Notes under the pieces: model-generated | Told to the model about the DNA's origin: nothing | The model's input: only the letters and a program-made list of their open reading frames with translations | Database searches by the model: none | Translations under genes and position numbers: made by a program | Part shown: positions 14,220-19,039 of the stretch, piece by piece | Position numbering within the stretch: the first letter of the stretch is position 1 | How the letters are laid out: each line of letters starts with the position of its first letter | NCBI GenBank assembly: GCA_019057385.1 | Contig: JAHQJS010000004.1 | Coordinates: forward strand, 662,508 to 681,546 | Origin: Candidatus Borrarchaeum weybense | GTDB lineage: Archaea > Asgardarchaeota > Sifarchaeia > Borrarchaeales > Borrarchaeaceae | Direction of reading: 5' to 3' | Length of the DNA: 19,039 nucleotides

Positions 14220-15824
14220 ATTGCTATTTCGTTTGAAAGCCCCATTGTAATCACTAATGGCACGCTAATTGATGGAACAGGTAAATCACCTATCGAGAAC
14301 AGCGTTGTTGTCACTTTTGGATCCAAAATCCTTGATGTTGGATCTGCCAATGAAATAAATGTTCCAAAGGATGCTAAAGTTATTGATGCCAATGGCAAGA
14401 CTGTAATACCTTGTTTTATTGATTCCCATTCGCATTTCTTTTTAATGGGACTAAAGGTGCTCACTGAACTTGATCTGTCAATGACTAAGTCTATCTCTGA
14501 GGTCATGGAGAAGGTCAAAACAAAGGTAAATGAGTTGCCTGATGGAACCTGGCTCAAAGGTCATGGTTGGGATGAAAGTAACTGGACCGAGAAAAGATAT
14601 CCCACAAAGAAGGATATGGATCCAGTATCTCCTAATCATCCAGTTGTTCTTACACCATATTACTGGCATATGGTTACAGTGAATAGCCGTGCTCTCGAAC
14701 TAGCTAAGATTAATAAACAAACTCCAGATCCTCCTGGAGGAAAGATTGAGAGAGATCTGACAGGTGAAGCCTCTGGAGTGTTGAAAGAGGAAGCAATGAA
14801 GTTAATCGATAAAGCACAACCGCCATTAACTGAAACACTAGCAATGAAGGCTATAGAGAAGGCATGTGAGATCGTGTTACAATGGGGCTGCGCGAGTATT
14901 CACGAGTTAGCCTCAACTTCAAGTGATTTAAACACCTATCAAAAAGCTTTTGAAAAAGACCTTCTAAAGGTACGCTCATATGTCTTACCGGCGACACGGT
15001 ATATTGAGAATCTGTTAGATGGACTGGATACTCTCGGTATCAGAACTGGCTTTGGTAATGAATTTGTCAAACTAGGCTCTGTGAAAATCTGGTTTGACGG
15101 CGCAATGGGATCACATACAGCTGTATTTTCTGAACCCTATGCCGATGATCCGACAACAAGTGGATTATATACGATTTCTCCTGAGCAACTCAACTTAACT
15201 GTAGCAAGGGCACATAAAATAGGAATGCAAGTTGCTATTCATGCCATTGGCGATAAGGCAATCGAGGAGGCTCTTGATGCTATAGAAATAGCGGTTAAGG
15301 ATGAACCAAGAAAAGATCATCGTCACAGGATCGAACACTGTGAAGTCATCAACGAAGATCAAATACGAAGGATGAAGCGGCTAGGAGTCATTGCTGCAGT
15401 ACAGCCCAATTTCGTTGGAGAGTGGGAACATCCTGGAGGAATGTATGAGCAACGATTAGGTTTAGAACGCCTGAAACTCTGCAATCCGTTTAGGAATCTA
15501 ATCGATGAGGGGATTACTGTTACATTTGGAACTGACTGTGGCTATTGTCCACCCTTTCCCTTTAATCCTTTGTATGGTCTATGGTCCGCTATATGCCATC
15601 CTATAGAGGCGCATCGCATCACATTAGAGGAAGCTGTGAAATGTTATACGCTTAATGGTGCATACGCTTCCTTTGAGGAAAAAATAAAGGGATCAATTGA
15701 ACCAGGAAAACTTGCCGATATAGCGATTCTATCGGAGGACTTGACCGCAATAGATGCAGAAAGAATCAAAGATGTAAAGGCAGATCTGACGATGGTAGGT
15801 GGAAAGATTCAATGGCAAGCGTAA
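14220..15824 (+). CDS. amidohydrolase family 3 (YtcJ-like / N-substituted formamide deformylase-like) protein
   Basis: The track starts at ATG 14445, but the same frame continues upstream to a TAA at 14208 and encodes IAISFESPIVITNGTLIDGTGKSPIENSVVVTFGSKILDVGSANEINVPKDAKVIDANGKTVIPCFIDSHSHFFL, including the essential HxH metal motif. AAGGAGG at 14209-14215. Exact start is uncertain (ATT/CTG). Confidence 0.85.
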   Translation: MAISFESPIVITNGTLIDGTGKSPIENSVVVTFGSKILDVGSANEINVPKDAKVIDANGKTVIPCFIDSHSHFFLMGLKVLTELDLSMTKSISEVMEKVKTKVNELPDGTWLKGHGWDESNWTEKRYPTKKDMDPVSPNHPVVLTPYYWHMVTVNSRALELAKINKQTPDPPGGKIERDLTGEASGVLKEEAMKLIDKAQPPLTETLAMKAIEKACEIVLQWGCASIHELASTSSDLNTYQKAFEKDLLKVRSYVLPATRYIENLLDGLDTLGIRTGFGNEFVKLGSVKIWFDGAMGSHTAVFSEPYADDPTTSGLYTISPEQLNLTVARAHKIGMQVAIHAIGDKAIEEALDAIEIAVKDEPRKDHRHRIEHCEVINEDQIRRMKRLGVIAAVQPNFVGEWEHPGGMYEQRLGLERLKLCNPFRNLIDEGITVTFGTDCGYCPPFPFNPLYGLWSAICHPIEAHRITLEEAVKCYTLNGAYASFEEKIKGSIEPGKLADIAILSEDLTAIDAERIKDVKADLTMVGGKIQWQA

Positions 15825-16265
15825 ATTAATCGGTCTAGTGTAGATAAAAACTGTGTTCACAATGTGACTAGTTCTGTTAAAATTTTGCGCGTGAATTTCA
15901 ATAACGCTCTTCATCGCTGGTCATCTTGCTCGCTAACGATGCGGACGGGCTTGATTGATAATATTTGGACTGTTAAACGGTTACAGATCGCGATTATTGC
16001 TTCTATCATCATCAAATCAAAAGGACTACCCAAAAGTTTACAGACACGAATAGATATATTTCCGGATATATTTGTATGTTTCTGAGTGATAATATATTTT
16101 TCAAAATCATCGAACTATAAGAGGGGTCTGGGAAATTGCAAATATTTCAGAAAGAAGTGAGCTTATTTATCTTAGCTTTCCTTCCCTTCCCCCCTTCTTT
16201 CTTTGAAAATTGTAATTAGTTCGCTTAATTGGAATAATTGGAATGCATTTAAAGGAGTGAAGGAA

Positions 16266-16721
16266 ATGTCTGAAAGACCAAAGGGTTTACGTCTTGTTAG
16301 TACCATACAATTCATTGGAGGAATCGCTGTTGCTGCTAGTTCTTCATTAGCCTTCTTCCTCGCAATATATTTGACACGCCGAATGATGTCAGATGTTTAT
16401 TGGTCCGATTATGACCTTATAGTAACGCCTAGATTTATACGATTTGCAACGATGTTCGGAATTACGCTACTTATTGTAGGCATTCTAGGGTGTATTACGG
16501 CATATGGACTTTGGAAACTCAAGCCTTGGGGCTTTTTTGGGTCAATAACTGCAAACGGTCTTATAATACCTGTATTTCTTTGGATAGGAGACCATTTGTT
16601 TGTAGAGTGGTTTGTTGGTTCGCCACTCCGGCCTTTTATTTGGATTATGATAGCTTCTTTACTCTGGATTCCGATAGTCTTTTTGGTATATCTATTCTTC
16701 ATCAGAGAACATTTCAAGTAA
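16266..16721 (+). CDS. multi-pass membrane protein, unknown function
   Basis: Track ORF begins at 16203. An internal ATG at 16266 (MSERPKGLRLVSTIQF...) follows the purine-rich stretch AAAGGAGTGAAGGAA. Four hydrophobic segments. Confidence 0.65.
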   Translation: MSERPKGLRLVSTIQFIGGIAVAASSSLAFFLAIYLTRRMMSDVYWSDYDLIVTPRFIRFATMFGITLLIVGILGCITAYGLWKLKPWGFFGSITANGLIIPVFLWIGDHLFVEWFVGSPLRPFIWIMIASLLWIPIVFLVYLFFIREHFK

Positions 16722-16779
16722 TAACATAACTTTACCAACTGTTCTGGAGTTTATCTAAACAGACTAGGAGGGAAAATAG

Positions 16780-17448
16780 ATGGTGAGAAAAAAAGCAAAA
16801 GTTCTCATAAGTTTCATTAGTGCACTCATAGTTTTTCTCTTAGCTAGTACCGCAACAACAACAGTTGCGGCTGGAGACTGGGGGAATTTAAAGGTTCGCG
16901 ACGAAATAGAATGGAAAATAGTGCCAGATCCAGTAGACTTCCCTGACTTAGCAGTATATGTGGAATTAAAGATTACGGGTTTTAGGGAGGCAGACATGGC
17001 GTATAGATATAGTATGACTGCAGTTAATGATTCGTCCACCGATGTTATTCATACTGATGCTCAAGGCACGGCCGACGAGGAAGCATGGTATGTATTTTCA
17101 CAGAGTTACCTGCAAAAAATGAAAGCGTATGCAGAAGATGATCCGAATATGACATGGACAGAGACCGATTTTAATTGGAAGGGAACTAATTACAAGGCAT
17201 ACTACTTGAAACGAATTGATGATGGGGGTATCTTTGAAGGTTGGATGGATCAGGGCACGGGAATCTCCTTTGAAATATGGTGGACTATTGGCGGAACAAC
17301 TTATACATATGTTGAACTGGAGAGGACAACCGCCAATCTAACTGAAACTGAGGGATTGTGTCTAGGTACAATCCTTATTGCTTTCGTTTCTGTTTCAACA
17401 CTTGTCTCTTATAGCATTGCACGATATAAGAAAAAGAAAAGGACCTAA
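16780..17448 (+). CDS. secreted/membrane-anchored protein with N-terminal signal and C-terminal TM plus KKKKR tail
   Basis: 222-aa ORF: MVRKKAKVLISFISALIVFLLASTATTTVAAGD ... LCLGTILIAFVSVSTLVSYSIARYKKKKRT. Confidence 0.7.
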   Translation: MVRKKAKVLISFISALIVFLLASTATTTVAAGDWGNLKVRDEIEWKIVPDPVDFPDLAVYVELKITGFREADMAYRYSMTAVNDSSTDVIHTDAQGTADEEAWYVFSQSYLQKMKAYAEDDPNMTWTETDFNWKGTNYKAYYLKRIDDGGIFEGWMDQGTGISFEIWWTIGGTTYTYVELERTTANLTETEGLCLGTILIAFVSVSTLVSYSIARYKKKKRT

Positions 17449-17632
17449 GTCCACATTTCTTTTTTTCATCCATTTTAGTTACTCTAGGTATGGATACTGT
17501 CCTTGTTTAATCCAATTCTTCTATTCTAATAATCTCACTGTTGAGGTTGTTGTTGAGGTTTGGTCTAAATGAAGCTGTTTCCAAAGACGGTACAAAAAGA
17601 GAGGAAGTCATTAAAATAACGGAGGTGATCAG

Positions 17633-18466
17633 TTGAGGAAAATAGTTCAAACAATGTTATTAGTAATGTTACTTGCCACAGGCTTTTATTTAATTCCTCC
17701 TGTAAGTGCGTCCACAAGTGAAATAGGATTCAATTATACGTGGGAGGAAGAAACTGGCACTGAAATACACTTTAACTTTGTGTTTGATGTAACAACGACA
17801 AGCCCATCACTGCTGTTTGGTGGGACTGAACGCTTCCACATTGACCTTCAACCATCTCGTACAGAACTTAGTCTTGAGTTGGTAATGAATGGATACGGAT
17901 TCTGGGACGTAACCTTTGAGAGCGAAGCACCAATAGGAGAAGAGACATTTAGAATTGAAACACCAAGTTTGAGAGATCAATACGGAATAGAAGCGTTTTT
18001 GATTGGTGTTGATGGTACTCCTTATGTAAGTTATTCAGATGATGGGAGGCTTAGTGCAAGTGGAACATTAAGTTGGAATGATGCTGGTAGCAAATCATTC
18101 AGTGTAACCGCTCCATCAGGTATTGGTGATGGAGATATAAGAGCAACATGGCAATATGAATGGAAGGTTCGCTTTGGTTTGGATCTTGTAGGAATTGGAG
18201 ACCTTTTCAACGAGTGGAATGAAATGGGTGATTTAAAAAGTCCACGAATGCAAAACTATCATCTATATTACGGATTTGGCTGGCTTGTTGTTGTTCTTGT
18301 AATTATTGTGGCTATTCCAGTAGCACTGGTTATTAGAAGAAAGAGAAAACTCAAGCCAGAACTTGAAGCAGAACCAGAACCTTCAGAAATGTATTGCAGG
18401 TCTTGTGGAAAGCCTATTTCAACGACAAGTGAATATTGTAACTTCTGTGGGACAAAGGTTGAATAA
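17633..18466 (+). CDS. membrane-anchored protein: signal peptide, extracytoplasmic domain, TM helix, C-terminal double-CxxC zinc ribbon
   Basis: 277-aa ORF: MRKIVQTMLLVMLLATGFYLIPPVSA ... YYGFGWLVVVLVIIVAIPVALVIRRKRK ... YCRSCGKPISTTSEYCNFCGTKVE. TTG start preceded by GGAGGTGA. Confidence 0.8.
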   Translation: MRKIVQTMLLVMLLATGFYLIPPVSASTSEIGFNYTWEEETGTEIHFNFVFDVTTTSPSLLFGGTERFHIDLQPSRTELSLELVMNGYGFWDVTFESEAPIGEETFRIETPSLRDQYGIEAFLIGVDGTPYVSYSDDGRLSASGTLSWNDAGSKSFSVTAPSGIGDGDIRATWQYEWKVRFGLDLVGIGDLFNEWNEMGDLKSPRMQNYHLYYGFGWLVVVLVIIVAIPVALVIRRKRKLKPELEAEPEPSEMYCRSCGKPISTTSEYCNFCGTKVE

Positions 18467-18542
18467 AAGGAGCAGAATTATGAACTGCTGAAGTTTAAGC
18501 CGACTCTTAGGCTCTAAAAATAGAAAAAGGACGGAAAATGAG

Positions 18543-18586
18543 AATCCTAATAGTGGACTCCCTAGAAGTTATGAGGGATTAGGATT
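18543..18586. repeat. inverted repeat / hairpin
   Basis: AATCCTAA-tagtggac-TCCCT-agaagttatg-AGGGA-TTAGGATT. The 8-bp outer and 5-bp inner arms are perfect. Confidence 0.5.
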
Positions 18587-18809
18587 TAAAAATGAATCAA
18601 AGCTCTATGGCTCGTTAGATGGATCCCGGCCTGTATGTAAGTTTCACTTTCGTGTTAATACTTATTTCTGTCATTTTGTATACTTCAACACGCATCTAAG
18701 TTGATATTACTCTTTTATCATTCATTTCTTTTCAAATGAAGTTATCTAGTTTTTTAAATTAAATTAGATAAAAAATAAATTCTATATTGGCAAGCACAAA
18801 ACTGATTCT

Positions 18810-19039
18810 CTATCCAAGCATGTACAAGCCTGCAAATGGTCGATGAGATACTGGTTTCACCACAATGAATTCCCCGTCTAATAGTTTTTCCAATGGTATA
18901 CCAAACAAAGTTGAAAACTTCTGTAGAGTAGATTCTACTTTTTTCATATCTTGTTCTTTTGCCACATGCATTTTTGTTCCAACACCGAGTTGGTCTTCAG
19001 TTACTTTTCCTCGAATGAAGATTTTTCCGCCATGCATTC
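18810..19039 (-). CDS. glutamate-synthase GXGXG-domain-like protein, C-terminal part (5' end outside window)
   Basis: MHGGKIFIRGKV...LGVGTKMHVAKEQ...FSTLFGIPLEKLLDGEFIVVKPVSHRPFAGLY resembles the C-terminus of archaeal GltB domain-3-like proteins. The ORF reaches the window edge. Confidence 0.65.
   Translation of the reverse strand, partial: MHGGKIFIRGKVTEDQLGVGTKMHVAKEQDMKKVESTLQKFSTLFGIPLEKLLDGEFIVVKPVSHRPFAGLYMLG

Noticed and set aside
14207-14557. 116-aa minus-strand ORF over the amidohydrolase 5' end
   Set aside because: The plus-strand frame here encodes the conserved HxH amidohydrolase N-terminus, so the antisense ORF is likely spurious.
16053-16073. Short direct repeat GATATATTT...GATATATTT
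   Set aside because: 9-nt AT-rich repeat, expected by chance in this composition.
15729-16085. ORFs 15729-15914 (-) and 15864-16085 (+)
   Set aside because: Overlapping each other in spacer, no motifs, no convincing ribosome-binding site. I could not support either.
16176-16204. 29-nt pyrimidine-only tract upstream of the membrane protein gene
   Set aside because: Visible but has no supporting structure or repeat. It may be a simple low-complexity run.
1-19039. CRISPR array, tRNA/rRNA genes, transposase or phage genes
   Set aside because: No regularly spaced repeats, tRNA-like TTCRANNC signatures in a foldable context, transposase motifs or phage genes were recognised by eye. A tRNAscan-SE and Infernal run would be needed to exclude unusual tRNAs.

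Overview
The 19,039-nt window is AT-rich and reads as archaeal. Support comes from an archaeal tRNA-intron endonuclease, an F420/NADP oxidoreductase and an archaeal-type pyruvate-kinase alpha/beta domain protein. A 7-blade WD40 protein, a C2H2 zinc finger and a coiled-coil/polyproline protein suggest an Asgard-like lineage, but this is inference. The supplied ORF track represents most genes well. Its largest failure is at 10.74-11.89 kb on the minus strand, where it shows two short orphan C-terminal ORFs. Reading through in-frame TGA codons gives two full-length tandem paralogous thioredoxin-fold/peroxiredoxin-like proteins. In gene A (10740-11216) one TGA sits at codon 46, giving the redox motif U-P-Y-C. 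In gene B (11412-11891) TGAs sit at codons 46 and 49, giving U-G-H-U, a double-selenocysteine UxxU motif. TGA-46 aligns exactly between paralogs, and Cys-49 of A aligns with Sec-49 of B. Immediately downstream of each stop lies a 73-74 nt non-coding element, 69/74 identical between the two loci and closed by a perfect 8-bp inverted repeat (GATTTGGT...ACCAAATC). It is a strong SECIS candidate. Other points: an amidohydrolase whose metal-binding N-terminus is missing from the ORF track because no ATG/GTG/TTG start exists in frame; an unannotated 58-aa CxxC...CxxC zinc-ribbon protein; a minus-strand Edd/IlvD-type dehydratase, DHDPS-family aldolase and cyclase-family hydrolase cluster; and several intergenic hairpins.
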